Below are positions 10,882-26,000 of a stretch of 64,000 nt of DNA, one piece after another. The notes under the pieces were generated by a model that did not search any database, was not told where the DNA came from, and was given only the letters and a program-made list of their open reading frames with translations. Position 1 is the stretch's first letter. Every line of letters starts with the position of its first letter. The stretch comes from Auanema rhodensis (lineage: Eukaryota; Animalia; Nematoda). Location: contig OZ059894.1 in the NCBI GenBank assembly GCA_964057225.1, positions 1,736,001 through 1,800,000 of the forward strand, in the 5' to 3' direction. The translations under genes were made by a program, and so were the position numbers.

Positions 10882-13800
10882 GCATTAGTGTATGTTGAGT
10901 TTCCATGTACACTCAACATAGCTTCCAAAAACATTTTGACAAAAATTTTTTCGAAAAATTTCAGAATAATTTAGCAAAAAGTAGATGTTTTTAGATTCCT
11001 TTTTTCAAGGCAAAGACGATGGACAATGTTATTCAACGAAAAAATTAATTCTTCAGGGTGAAAATCGAGGATATAAGTGTGAACTTATATCAGTTGATAT
11101 CTCGGTGCATTTTTAAGCTAGCGCAAATCTGATAACACAGATCGACGCAGCTTGAAATTCCGCATCGAATGCACTATACTACTTTGAGAAACGCTTAATA
11201 CAAAAATTAGTTATGATCGTTTGAAAAATGATGCATTAGTGTATGTTGAGTTTCCATGTACACTCAACATAGCTTCCAAAAACATTTTGACAAAAATTTT
11301 TTCGAAAAATTTCAAAATAATTTAGCAAAAAGTAGATGTTTTTAGATTCCTTTTTTCAAGGCAAAGACGATGGACAATGTTATTCAACGAAAAAATTAAT
11401 TCTTCAGGGAGAAAATCGAGGATATAAGTGTTAACTTATATCAGTTGATATCTCGGTGCATTTTTAAGCTAGCGCAAATCTGATAACACAGATCGACGCA
11501 GCTTGAAAATCCGCATCGAATGCACTATACTACATTGAGGAACGCTTAATACAAAAATTAGTTATGATCGTTTGAAAAATGATGCATTAGTGTATGTTGA
11601 GTTTCCATGTACACTCAACATAGCTTCCAAAAACATTTTGACAAAAATTTTTTCGAAAAATTTCAGAATAATTTAGCAAAAAGTAGATGTTTTTAGATTC
11701 CTTTTTTCAAGGCAAAGACGATGGACAATGTTATTCAACGAAAAAATTAATTCTTCAGGGTGAAAATCGAGGATATAAGTGTGAACTTATATCAGTTGAT
11801 ATCTCGGTGCATTTTTAAGCTAGCGCAAATCTGATAACACAGATCGACGCAGCTTGAAATTCCGCATCGAATGCACTATACTACTTTGAGAAACGCTTAA
11901 TACAAAAATTAGTTATGATCGTTTGAAAAATGATGCATTAGTGTATGTTGAGTTTCCATGTACACTCAACATAGCTTCCAAAAACATTTTGACAAAAATT
12001 TTTTCGAAAAATTTCAAAATAATTTAGCAAAAAGTAGATGTTTTTAGATTCCTTTTTTCAAGGCAAAGACGATGGACAATGTTATTCAACGAAAAAATTA
12101 ATTCTTCAGGGTGAAAATCGAGGATATAAGTGTGAACTTATATCAGTTGATATCTCGGTGCATTTTTAAGCTAGCGCAAATCTGATAACACAGATCGACG
12201 CAGCTTAAAAATCCGCATCGAATGCACTATACTACATTGAGGAACGCTTAATACAAAAATTAGTTATGATCGTTTGAAAAATGATGCATTAGTGTATGTT
12301 GAGTTTCCATGTACACTCAACATTGCTTCCAAAAACATTTTGACAAAAATTTTTTCGAAAATTTTCAAAATAATTTAGCAAAAAGTAGATGTTTTTAGAT
12401 TCCTTTTTTCAAGGCAAAGACGATGGACAATGTTATTCAACGAAAAAATTAATTCTTCAGGGTGAAAATCGAGGATATAAGTGTGAACTTATATCAGTTG
12501 ATATCTCGGTGCATTTTTAAGCTAGCGCAAATCTGATAACACAGATCGACGCAGCTTAAAAATCCGCATCGAATGCACTATACTACATTGAGGAACGCTT
12601 AATACAAAAATTAGTTATGATCGTTTGAAAAATGATGCATTAGTGTATGTTGAGTTTCCATGTACACTCAACATTGCTTCCAAAAACATTTTGACAAAAA
12701 TTTTTTCGAAAAATTTCAAAATAATTTAGCAGAAAGTAGATGTTTTTAGATTCCTTTTTTCAAGGCAAAGACGATGGACAATGTTATTCAACGAAAAAAT
12801 TAATTCTTCAGGGAGAAAATCGAGGATATAAGTGTTAACTTATATCAGTTGATATCTCGGTGCATTTTTAAGCTAGCGCAAATCTGATAACACAGATCGA
12901 CGCAGCTTGAAAATCCGCATCGAATGCACTATACTACATTGAGGAACGCTTAATACAAAAATTAGTTATGATCGTTTGAAAAATGATGCATTAGTGTATG
13001 TTGAGTTTCCATGTACACTCAACATAGCTTCCAAAAACATTTTGACAAAAATTTTTTCGAAAAATTTCAGAATAATTTAGCAAAAAGTAGATGTTTTTAG
13101 ATTCCTTTTTTCAAGGCAAAGACGATGGACAATGTTATTCAACGAAAAAATTAATTCTTCAGGGTGAAAATCGAGGATATAAGTGTGAACTTATATCAGT
13201 TGATATCTCGGTGCATTTTTAAGCTAGCGCAAATCTGATAACACAGATCGACGCAGCTTGAAATTCCGCATCGAATGCACTATACTACTTTGAGAAACGC
13301 TTAATACAAAAATTAGTTATGATCGTTTGAAAAATGATGCATTAGTGTATGTTGAGTTTCCATGTACACTCAACATAGCTTCCAAAAACATTTTGACAAA
13401 AATTTTTTCGAAAAATTTCAAAATAATTTAGCAAAAAGTAGATGTTTTTAGATTCCTTTTTTCAAGGCAAAGACGATGGACAATGTTATTCAACGAAAAA
13501 ATTAATTCTTCAGGGAGAAAATCGAGGATATAAGTGTTAACTTATATCAGTTGATATCTCGGTGCATTTTTAAGCTAGCGCAAATCTGATAACACAGATC
13601 GACGCAGCTTGAAAATCCGCATCGAATGCACTATACTACATTGAGGAACGCTTAATACAAAAATTAGTTATGATCGTTTGAAAAATGATGCATTAGTGTA
13701 TGTTGAGTTTCCATGTACACTCAACATAGCTTCCAAAAACATTTTGACAAAAATTTTTTCGAAAAATTTCAGAATAATTTAGCAAAAAGTAGATGTTTTT

Positions 13801-14742
13801 AGATTCCTTTTTTCAAGGCAAAGACGATGGACAATGTTATTCAACGAAAAAATTAATTCTTCAGGGTGAAAATCGAGGATATAAGTGTGAACTTATATCA
13901 GTTGATATCTCGGTGCATTTTTAAGCTAGCGCAAATCTGATAACACAGATCGACGCAGCTTGAAATTCCGCATCGAATGCACTATACTACTTTGAGAAAC
14001 GCTTAATACAAAAATTAGTTATGATCGTTTGAAAAATGATGCATTAGTGTATGTTGAGTTTCCATGTACACTCAACATAGCTTCCAAAAACATTTTGACA
14101 AAAATTTTTTCGAAAAATTTCAAAATAATTTAGCAAAAAGTAGATGTTTTTAGATTCCTTTTTTCAAGGCAAAGACGATGGACAATGTTATTCAACGAAA
14201 AAATTAATTCTTCAGGGTGAAAATCGAGGATATAAGTGTGAACTTATATCAGTTGATATCTCGGTGCATTTTTAAGCTAGCGCAAATCTGATAACACAGA
14301 TCGACGCAGCTTAAAAATCCGCATCGAATGCACTATACTACATTGAGGAACGCTTAATACAAAAATTAGTTATGATCGTTTGAAAAATGATGCATTAGTG
14401 TATGTTGAGTTTCCATGTACACTCAACATTGCTTCCAAAAACATTTTGACAAAAATTTTTTCGAAAATTTTCAAAATAATTTAGCAGAAAGTAGATGTTT
14501 TTAGATTCCTTTTTTCAAGGCAAAGACGATGGACAATGTTATTCAACGAAAAAATTAATTCTTCAGGGTGAAAATCGAGGATATAAGTGTGAACTTATAT
14601 CAGTTGATATCTCGGTGCATTTTTAAGCTAGCGCAAATCTGATAACACAGATCGACGCAGCTTAAAAATCCGCATCGAATGCACTATACTACATTGAGGA
14701 ACGCTTAATACAAAAATTAGTTATGATCGTTTGAAAAATGAT
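10531..14742. repeat. 6-monomer (2106-bp) duplication, M31-36 approx. M37-42
   Basis: A77T at 12362 and 14468; M31-35 match M37-41; M36 and M42 differ at pos 96. Confidence 0.82.
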
Positions 14743-17700
14743 GCATTAGTGTATGTTGAGTTTCCATGTACACTCAACATAGCTTCCAAAAACATTTTGA
14801 CAAAAATTTTTTCGAAAAATTTCAGAATAATTTAGCAAAAAGTAGATGTTTTTAGATTCCTTTTTTCAAGGCAAAGACGATGGACAATGTTATTCAACGA
14901 AAAAATTAATTCTTCAGGGTGAAAATCGAGGATATAAGTGTGAACTTATATCAGTTGATATCTCGGTGCATTTTTAAGCTAGCGCAAATCTGATAACACA
15001 GATCGACGCAGCTTGAAATTCCGCATCGAATGCACTATACTACTTTGAGAAACGCTTAATACAAAAATTAGTTATGATCGTTTGAAAAATGATGCATTAG
15101 TGTATGTTGAGTTTCCATGTACACTCAACATAGCTTCCAAAAACATTTTGACAAAAATTTTTTCGAAAAATTTCAAAATAATTTAGCAAAAAGTAGATGT
15201 TTTTAGATTCCTTTTTTCAAGGCAAAGACGATGGACAATGTTATTCAACGAAAAAATTAATTCTTCAGGGAGAAAATCGAGGATATAAGTGTTAACTTAT
15301 ATCAGTTGATATCTCGGTGCATTTTTAAGCTAGCGCAAATCTGATAACACAGATCGACGCAGCTTGAAAATCCGCATCGAATGCACTATACTACATTGAG
15401 GAACGCTTAATACAAAAATTAGTTATGATCGTTTGAAAAATGATGCATTAGTGTATGTTGAGTTTCCATGTACACTCAACATAGCTTCCAAAAACATTTT
15501 GACAAAAATTTTTTCGAAAAATTTCAGAATAATTTAGCAAAAAGTAGATGTTTTTAGATTCCTTTTTTCAAGGCAAAGACGATGGACAATGTTATTCAAC
15601 GAAAAAATTAATTCTTCAGGGTGAAAATCGAGGATATAAGTGTGAACTTATATCAGTTGATATCTCGGTGCATTTTTAAGCTAGCGCAAATCTGATAACA
15701 CAGATCGACGCAGCTTGAAATTCCGCATCGAATGCACTATACTACTTTGAGAAACGCTTAATACAAAAATTAGTTATGATCGTTTGAAAAATGATGCATT
15801 AGTGTATGTTGAGTTTCCATGTACACTCAACATAGCTTCCAAAAACATTTTGACAAAAATTTTTTCGAAAAATTTCAAAATAATTTAGCAAAAAGTAGAT
15901 GTTTTTAGATTCCTTTTTTCAAGGCAAAGACGATGGACAATGTTATTCAACGAAAAAATTAATTCTTCAGGGAGAAAATCGAGGATATAAGTGTTAACTT
16001 ATATCAGTTGATATCTCGGTGCATTTTTAAGCTAGCGCAAATCTGATAACACAGATCGACGCAGCTTGAAAATCCGCATCGAATGCACTATACTACATTG
16101 AGGAACGCTTAATACAAAAATTAGTTATGATCGTTTGAAAAATGATGCATTAGTGTATGTTGAGTTTCCATGTACACTCAACATAGCTTCCAAAAACATT
16201 TTGACAAAAATTTTTTCGAAAAATTTCAGAATAATTTAGCAAAAAGTAGATGTTTTTAGATTCCTTTTTTCAAGGCAAAGACGATGGACAATGTTATTCA
16301 ACGAAAAAATTAATTCTTCAGGGTGAAAATCGAGGATATAAGTGTGAACTTATATCAGTTGATATCTCGGTGCATTTTTAAGCTAGCGCAAATCTGATAA
16401 CACAGATCGACGCAGCTTGAAATTCCGCATCGAATGCACTATACTACTTTGAGAAACGCTTAATACAAAAATTAGTTATGATCGTTTGAAAAATGATGCA
16501 TTAGTGTATGTTGAGTTTCCATGTACACTCAACATAGCTTCCAAAAACATTTTGACAAAAATTTTTTCGAAAAATTTCAGAATAATTTAGCAAAAAGTAG
16601 ATGTTTTTAGATTCCTTTTTTCAAGGCAAAGACGATGGACAATGTTATTCAACGAAAAAATTAATTCTTCAGGGTGAAAATCGAGGATATAAGTGTGAAC
16701 TTATATCAGTTGATATCTCGGTGCATTTTTAAGCTAGCGCAAATCTGATAACACAGATCGACGCAGCTTGAAATTCCGCATCGAATGCACTATACTACTT
16801 TGAGAAACGCTTAATACAAAAATTAGTTATGATCGTTTGAAAAATGATGCATTAGTGTATGTTGAGTTTCCATGTACACTCAACATAGCTTCCAAAAACA
16901 TTTTGACAAAAATTTTTTCGAAAAATTTCAAAATAATTTAGCAAAAAGTAGATGTTTTTAGATTCCTTTTTTCAAGGCAAAGACGATGGACAATGTTATT
17001 CAACGAAAAAATTAATTCTTCAGGGAGAAAATCGAGGATATAAGTGTTAACTTATATCAGTTGATATCTCGGTGCATTTTTAAGCTAGCGCAAATCTGAT
17101 AACACAGATCGACGCAGCTTGAAAATCCGCATCGAATGCACTATACTACATTGAGGAACGCTTAATACAAAAATTAGTTATGATCGTTTGAAAAATGATG
17201 CATTAGTGTATGTTGAGTTTCCATGTACACTCAACATAGCTTCCAAAAACATTTTGACAAAAATTTTTTCGAAAAATTTCAGAATAATTTAGCAAAAAGT
17301 AGATGTTTTTAGATTCCTTTTTTCAAGGCAAAGACGATGGACAATGTTATTCAACGAAAAAATTAATTCTTCAGGGTGAAAATCGAGGATATAAGTGTGA
17401 ACTTATATCAGTTGATATCTCGGTGCATTTTTAAGCTAGCGCAAATCTGATAACACAGATCGACGCAGCTTGAAATTCCGCATCGAATGCACTATACTAC
17501 TTTGAGAAACGCTTAATACAAAAATTAGTTATGATCGTTTGAAAAATGATGCATTAGTGTATGTTGAGTTTCCATGTACACTCAACATAGCTTCCAAAAA
17601 CATTTTGACAAAAATTTTTTCGAAAAATTTCAAAATAATTTAGCAAAAAGTAGATGTTTTTAGATTCCTTTTTTCAAGGCAAAGACGATGGACAATGTTA

Positions 17701-20007
17701 TTCAACGAAAAAATTAATTCTTCAGGGAGAAAATCGAGGATATAAGTGTTAACTTATATCAGTTGATATCTCGGTGCATTTTTAAGCTAGCGCAAATCTG
17801 ATAACACAGATCGACGCAGCTTGAAAATCCGCATCGAATGCACTATACTACATTGAGGAACGCTTAATACAAAAATTAGTTATGATCGTTTGAAAAATGA
17901 TGCATTAGTGTATGTTGAGTTTCCATGTACACTCAACATAGCTTCCAAAAACATTTTGACAAAAATTTTTTCGAAAAATTTCAGAATAATTTAGCAAAAA
18001 GTAGATGTTTTTAGATTCCTTTTTTCAAGGCAAAGACGATGGACAATGTTATTCAACGAAAAAATTAATTCTTCAGGGTGAAAATCGAGGATATAAGTGT
18101 GAACTTATATCAGTTGATATCTCGGTGCATTTTTAAGCTAGCGCAAATCTGATAACACAGATCGACGCAGCTTGAAATTCCGCATCGAATGCACTATACT
18201 ACTTTGAGAAACGCTTAATACAAAAATTAGTTATGATCGTTTGAAAAATGATGCATTAGTGTATGTTGAGTTTCCATGTACACTCAACATAGCTTCCAAA
18301 AACATTTTGACAAAAATTTTTTCGAAAAATTTCAGAATAATTTAGCAAAAAGTAGATGTTTTTAGATTCCTTTTTTCAAGGCAAAGACGATGGACAATGT
18401 TATTCAACGAAAAAATTAATTCTTCAGGGTGAAAATCGAGGATATAAGTGTGAACTTATATCAGTTGATATCTCGGTGCATTTTTAAGCTAGCGCAAATC
18501 TGATAACACAGATCGACGCAGCTTGAAATTCCGCATCGAATGCACTATACTACTTTGAGAAACGCTTAATACAAAAATTAGTTATGATCGTTTGAAAAAT
18601 GATGCATTAGTGTATGTTGAGTTTCCATGTACACTCAACATAGCTTCCAAAAACATTTTGACAAAAATTTTTTCGAAAAATTTCAAAATAATTTAGCAAA
18701 AAGTAGATGTTTTTAGATTCCTTTTTTCAAGGCAAAGACGATGGACAATGTTATTCAACGAAAAAATTAATTCTTCAGGGAGAAAATCGAGGATATAAGT
18801 GTTAACTTATATCAGTTGATATCTCGGTGCATTTTTAAGCTAGCGCAAATCTGATAACACAGATCGACGCAGCTTGAAAATCCGCATCGAATGCACTATA
18901 CTACATTGAGGAACGCTTAATACAAAAATTAGTTATGATCGTTTGAAAAATGATGCATTAGTGTATGTTGAGTTTCCATGTACACTCAACATAGCTTCCA
19001 AAAACATTTTGACAAAAATTTTTTCGAAAAATTTCAGAATAATTTAGCAAAAAGTAGATGTTTTTAGATTCCTTTTTTCAAGGCAAAGACGATGGACAAT
19101 GTTATTCAACGAAAAAATTAATTCTTCAGGGTGAAAATCGAGGATATAAGTGTGAACTTATATCAGTTGATATCTCGGTGCATTTTTAAGCTAGCGCAAA
19201 TCTGATAACACAGATCGACGCAGCTTGAAATTCCGCATCGAATGCACTATACTACTTTGAGAAACGCTTAATACAAAAATTAGTTATGATCGTTTGAAAA
19301 ATGATGCATTAGTGTATGTTGAGTTTCCATGTACACTCAACATAGCTTCCAAAAACATTTTGACAAAAATTTTTTCGAAAAATTTCAAAATAATTTAGCA
19401 AAAAGTAGATGTTTTTAGATTCCTTTTTTCAAGGCAAAGACGATGGACAATGTTATTCAACGAAAAAATTAATTCTTCAGGGAGAAAATCGAGGATATAA
19501 GTGTTAACTTATATCAGTTGATATCTCGGTGCATTTTTAAGCTAGCGCAAATCTGATAACACAGATCGACGCAGCTTGAAAATCCGCATCGAATGCACTA
19601 TACTACATTGAGGAACGCTTAATACAAAAATTAGTTATGATCGTTTGAAAAATGATGCATTAGTGTATGTTGAGTTTCCATGTACACTCAACATAGCTTC
19701 CAAAAACATTTTGACAAAAATTTTTTCGAAAAATTTCAGAATAATTTAGCAAAAAGTAGATGTTTTTAGATTCCTTTTTTCAAGGCAAAGACGATGGACA
19801 ATGTTATTCAACGAAAAAATTAATTCTTCAGGGTGAAAATCGAGGATATAAGTGTGAACTTATATCAGTTGATATCTCGGTGCATTTTTAAGCTAGCGCA
19901 AATCTGATAACACAGATCGACGCAGCTTGAAATTCCGCATCGAATGCACTATACTACTTTGAGAAACGCTTAATACAAAAATTAGTTATGATCGTTTGAA
20001 AAATGAT
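14743..20007. repeat. 5-monomer (1755-bp) HOR (XYXYX) x3 built from two monomer types, M43-57
   Basis: X = G83, G200, T277, T302/A308; Y = A83, A178, T200. Order read: XYXYX XYXYX XYXYX. Confidence 0.88.
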
Positions 20008-23000
20008 GCATTAGTGTATGTTGAGTTTCCATGTACACTCAACATAGCTTCCAAAAACATTTTGACAAAAATTTTTTCGAAAAATTTCAAAATAATTTAG
20101 CAAAAAGTAGATGTTTTTAGATTCCTTTTTTCAAGGCAAAGACGATGGACAATGTTATTCAACGAAAAAATTAATTCTTCAGGGTGAAAATCGAGGATAT
20201 AAGTGTGAACTTATATCAGTTGATATCTCGGTGCATTTTTAAGCTAGCGCAAATCTGATAACACAGATCGACGCAGCTTAAAAATCCGCATCGAATGCAC
20301 TATACTACATTGAGGAACGCTTAATACAAAAATTAGTTATGATCGTTTGAAAAATGATGCATTAGTGTATGTTGAGTTTCCATGTACACTCAACATTGCT
20401 TCCAAAAACATTTTGACAAAAATTTTTTCGAAAATTTTCAAAATAATTTAGCAGAAAGTAGATGTTTTTAGATTCCTTTTTTCAAGGCAAAGACGATGGA
20501 CAATGTTATTCAACGAAAAAATTAATTCTTCAGGGTGAAAATCGAGGATATAAGTGTGAACTTATATCAGTTGATATCTCGGTGCATTTTTAAGCTAGCG
20601 CAAATCTGATAACACAGATCGACGCAGCTTAAAAATCCGCATCGAATGCACTATACTACATTGAGGAACGCTTAATACAAAAATTAGTTATGATCGTTTG
20701 AAAAATGATGCATTAGTGTATGTTGAGTTTCCATGTACACTCAACATTGCTTCCAAAAACATTTTGACAAAAATTTTTTCGAAAATTTTCAAAATAATTT
20801 AGCAGAAAGTAGATGTTTTTAGATTCCTTTTTTCAAGGCAAAGACGATGGACAATGTTATTCAACGAAAAAATTAATTCTTCAGGGTGAAAATCGAGGAT
20901 ATAAGTGTGAACTTATATCAGTTGATATCTCGGTGCATTTTTAAGCTAGCGCAAATCTGATAACACAGATCGACGCAGCTTAAAAATCCGCATCGAATGC
21001 ACTATACTACATTGAGGAACGCTTAATACAAAAATTAGTTATGATCGTTTGAAAAATGATGCATTAGTGTATGTTGAGTTTCCATGTACACTCAACATTG
21101 CTTCCAAAAACATTTTGACAAAAATTTTTTCGAAAAATTTCAGAATAATTTAGCAAAAAGTAGATGTTTTTAGATTCCTTTTTTCAAGGCAAAGACGATG
21201 GACAATGTTATTCAACGAAAAAATTAATTCTTCAGGGTGAAAATCGAGGATATAAGTGTGAACTTATATCAGTTGATATCTCGGTGCATTTTTAAGCTAG
21301 CGCAAATCTGATAACACAGATCGACGCAGCTTAAAAATCCGCATCGAATGTACTATACTTCATTGAGGAACGCTTAATACAAAAATTAGTTATGATCGTT
21401 TGAAAAATGATGCATTAGTGTATGTTGAGTTTCCATGTACACTCAACATTGCTTCCAAAAACATTTTGACAAAAATTTTTTCGAAAATTTTCAAAATAAT
21501 TTAGCAGAAAGTAGATGTTTTTAGATTCCTTTTTTCAAGGCAAAGACGATGGACAATGTTATTCAACGAAAAAATTAATTCTTCAGGGTGAAAATCGAGG
21601 ATATAAGTGTTAACTTATATCAGTTGATATCTCGGTGCATTTTTAAGCTAGCGCAAATCTGATAACACAGATCGACGCAGCTTGAAAATCCGCATCGAAT
21701 GCACTATACTACATTGAGGAACGCTTAATACAAAAATTAGTTATGATCGTTTGAAAAATGATGCATTAGTGTATGTTGAGTTTCCATGTACACTCAACAT
21801 AGCTTCCAAAAACATTTTGACAAAAATTTTTTCGAAAAATTTCAGAATAATTTAGCAAAAAGTAGATGTTTTTAGATTCCTTTTTTCAAGGCAAAGACGA
21901 TGGACAATGTTATTCAACGAAAAAATTAATTCTTCAGGGTGAAAATCGAGGATATAAGTGTGAACTTATATCAGTTGATATCTCGGTGCATTTTTAAGCT
22001 AGCGCAAATCTGATAACACAGATCGACGCAGCTTAAAAATCCGCATCGAATGCACTATACTTCATTGAGGAACGCTTAATACAAAAGTTAGTTATGATCG
22101 TTTGAAAAATGATGCATTAGTGTATGTTGAGTTTCCATGTACACTCAACATAGCTTCCAAAAACATTTTGACAAAAATTTTTTCGAAAAATTTCAAAATA
22201 ATTTAGCAAAAAGTAGATGTTTTTAGATTCCGTTTTTCAAGGCAAAGACGATGGACAATGTTATTCAACGAAAAAATTAATTCTTCAGGGTGAAAATCGA
22301 GGATATAAGTGTGAACTTATATCAGTTGATATCTCGGTGCATTTTTAAGCTAGCGCAAATCTGATAACACAGATCGACGCAGCTTAAAAATCCGCATCGA
22401 ATGCACTATACTACATTGAGGAACGCTTAATACAAAAATTAGTTATGATCGTTTGAAAAATGATGCATTAGTGTATGTTGAGTTTCCATGTACACTCAAC
22501 ATTGCTTCCAAAAACATTTTGACAAAAATTTTTTCGAAAAATTTCAAAATAATTTAGCAGAAAGTAGATGTTTTTAGATTCCTTTTTTCAAGGCAAAGAC
22601 GATGGACAATGTTATTCAACGAAAAAATTAATTCTTCAGGGAGAAAATCGAGGATATAAGTGTTAACTTATATCAGTTGATATCTCGGTGCATTTTTAAG
22701 CTAGCGCAAATCTGATAACACAGATCGACGCAGCTCAAAAATCCGCATCGAATGCACTATACTACATTGAGGAACGCTTAATACAAAAATTAGTTATGAT
22801 CGTTTGAAAAATGATGCATTAGTGTATGTTGAGTTTCCATGTACACTCAACATTGCTTCCAAAAACATTTTGACAAAAATTTTTTCGAAAAATTTCAGAA
22901 TAATTTAGCAAAAAGTAGATGTTTTTAGATTCCTTTTTTCAAGGCAAAGACGATGGACAATGTTATTCAACGAAAAAATTAATTCTTCAGGGTGAAAATC

Positions 23001-26000
23001 GAGGATATAAGTGTGAACTTATATCAGTTGATATCTCGGTGCATTTTTAAGCTAGCGCAAATCTGATAACACAGATCGACGCAGCTTAAAAATCCGCATC
23101 GAATGCACTATACTTCATTGAGGAACGCTTAATACAAAAATTAGTTATGATCGTTTGAAAAATGATGCATTAGTGTATGTTGAGTTTCCATGTACACTCA
23201 ACATTGCTTCCAAAAACATTTTGACAAAAATTTTTTCGAAAATTTTCAAAATAATTTAGCAGAAAGTAGATGTTTTTAGATTCCTTTTTTCAAGGCAAAG
23301 ACGATGGACAATGTTATTCAACGAAAAAATTAATTCTTCAGGGTGAAAATCGAGGATATAAGTGTTAACTTATATCAGTTGATATCTCGGTGCATTTTTA
23401 AGCTAGCGCAAATCTGATAACACAGATCGACGCAGCTTGAAAATCCGCATCGAATGCACTATACTACATTGAGGAACGCTTAATACAAAAATTAGTTATG
23501 ATCGTTTGAAAAATGATGCATTAGTGTATGTTGAGTTTCCATGTACACTCAACATAGCTTCCAAAAACATTTTGACAAAAATTTTTTCGAAAAATTTCAG
23601 AATAATTTAGCAAAAAGTAGATGTTTTTAGATTCCTTTTTTCAAGGCAAAGACGATGGACAATGTTATTCAACGAAAAAATTAATTCTTCAGGGTGAAAA
23701 TCGAGGATATAAGTGTGAACTTATATCAGTTGATATCTCGGTGCATTTTTAAGCTAGCGCAAATCTGATAACACAGATCGACGCAGCTTAAAAATCCGCA
23801 TCGAATGCACTATACTTCATTGAGGAACGCTTAATACAAAAATTAGTTATGATCGTTTGAAAAATGATGCATTAGTGTATGTTGAGTTTCCATGTACACT
23901 CAACATAGCTTCCAAAAACATTTTGACAAAAATTTTTTCGAAAAATTTCAAAATAATTTAGCAAAAAGTAGATGTTTTTAGATTCCTTTTTTCAAGGCAA
24001 AGACGATGGACAATGTTATTCAACGAAAAAATTAATTCTTCAGGGTGAAAATCGAGGATATAAGTGTGAACTTATATCAGTTGATATCTCGGTGCATTTT
24101 TAAGCTAGCGCAAATCTGATAACACAGATCGACGCAGCTTAAAAATCCGCATCGAATGCACTATACTACATTGAGGAACGCTTAATACAAAAATTAGTTA
24201 TGATCGTTTGAAAAATGATGCATTAGTGTATGTTGAGTTTCCATGTACACTCAACATTGCTTCCAAAAACATTTTGACAAAAATTTTTTCGAAAAATTTC
24301 AAAATAATTTAGCAAAAAGTAGATGTTTTTAGATTCCTTTTTTCAAGGCAAAGACGATGGACAATGTTATTCAACGAAAAAATTAATTCTTCAGGGTGAA
24401 AATCGAGGATATAAGTGTGAACTTATATCAGTTGATATCTCGGTGCATTTTTAAGCTAGCGCAAATCTGATAACACAGATCGACGCAGCTTGAAATTCCG
24501 CATCGAATGCACTATACTACTTTGAGAAACGCTTAATACAAAAATTAGTTATGATCGTTTGAAAAATGATGCATTAGTGTATGTTGAGTTTCCATGTACA
24601 CTCAACATAGCTTCCAAAAACATTTTGACAAAAATTTTTTCGAAAAATTTCAAAATAATTTAGCAAAAAGTAGATGTTTTTAGATTCCTTTTTTCAAGGC
24701 AAAGACGATGGACAATGTTATTCAACAAAAAAAAATTAATTCTTCAGGGTGAAAATCGAGGATATAAGTGTGAACTTATATCAGTTGATATCTCGGTGCA
24801 TTTTTAAGCTAGCGCAAATCTGATAACACAGATCGACGCAGCTTGAAAATCCGCATCGAATGCACTATACTACTTTGAGAAACGCTTAATACAAAAATTA
24901 GTTATGATCGTTTGAAAAATGATGCATTAGTGTATGTTGAGTTTCCATGTACACTCAACATAGCTTCCAAAAACATTTTGACAAAAATTTTTTCGAAAAA
25001 TTTCAAAATAGTTTAGCAAAAAGTAGATGTTTTTAGATTCCTTTTTTCAAGGCAAAGACGATGGACAATGTTATTCAACGAAAAAATTAATTCTTCAGGG
25101 TGAAAATCGAGGATATAAGTGTGAACTTATATCAGTTGATATCTCGGTGCATTTTTAAGCTAGCGCAAATCTGATAACACAGATCGACGCAGCTTAAAAA
25201 TCCGCATCGAATGCACTATACTACATTGAGGAACGCTTAATACAAAAATTAGTTATGATCGTTTGAAAAATGATGCATTAGTGTATGTTGAGTTTCCATG
25301 TACACTCAACATTGCTTCCAAAAACATTTTGACAAAAATTTTTTCGAAAAATTTCAAAATAATTTAGCAGAAAGTAGATGTTTTTAGATTCCTTTTTTCA
25401 AGGCAAAGACGATGGACAATGTTATTCAACGAAAAAATTAATTCTTCAGGGTGAAAATCGAGGATATAAGTGTTAACTTATATCAGTTGATATCTCGGTG
25501 CATTTTTAAGCTAGCGCAAATCTGATAACACAGATCGACGCAGCTTGAAAATCCGCATCGAATGCACTATACTACATTGAGGAACGCTTAATACAAAAAT
25601 TAGTTATGATCGTTTGAAAAATGATGCATTAGTGTATGTTGAGTTTCCATGTACACTCAACATAGCTTCCAAAAACATTTTGACAAAAATTTTTTCGAAA
25701 AATTTCAGAATAATTTAGCAAAAAGTAGATGTTTTTAGATTCCTTTTTTCAAGGCAAAGACGATGGACAATGTTATTCAACGAAAAAATTAATTCTTCAG
25801 GGTGAAAATCGAGGATATAAGTGTGAACTTATATCAGTTGATATCTCGGTGCATTTTTAAGCTAGCGCAAATCTGATAACAGAGATCGACGCAGCTTGAA
25901 AATCCGCATCGAATGCACTATACTACATTGAGGAACGCTTAATACAAAAATTAGTTATGATCGTTTGAAAAATGATGCATTAGTGTATGTTGAGTTTCCA

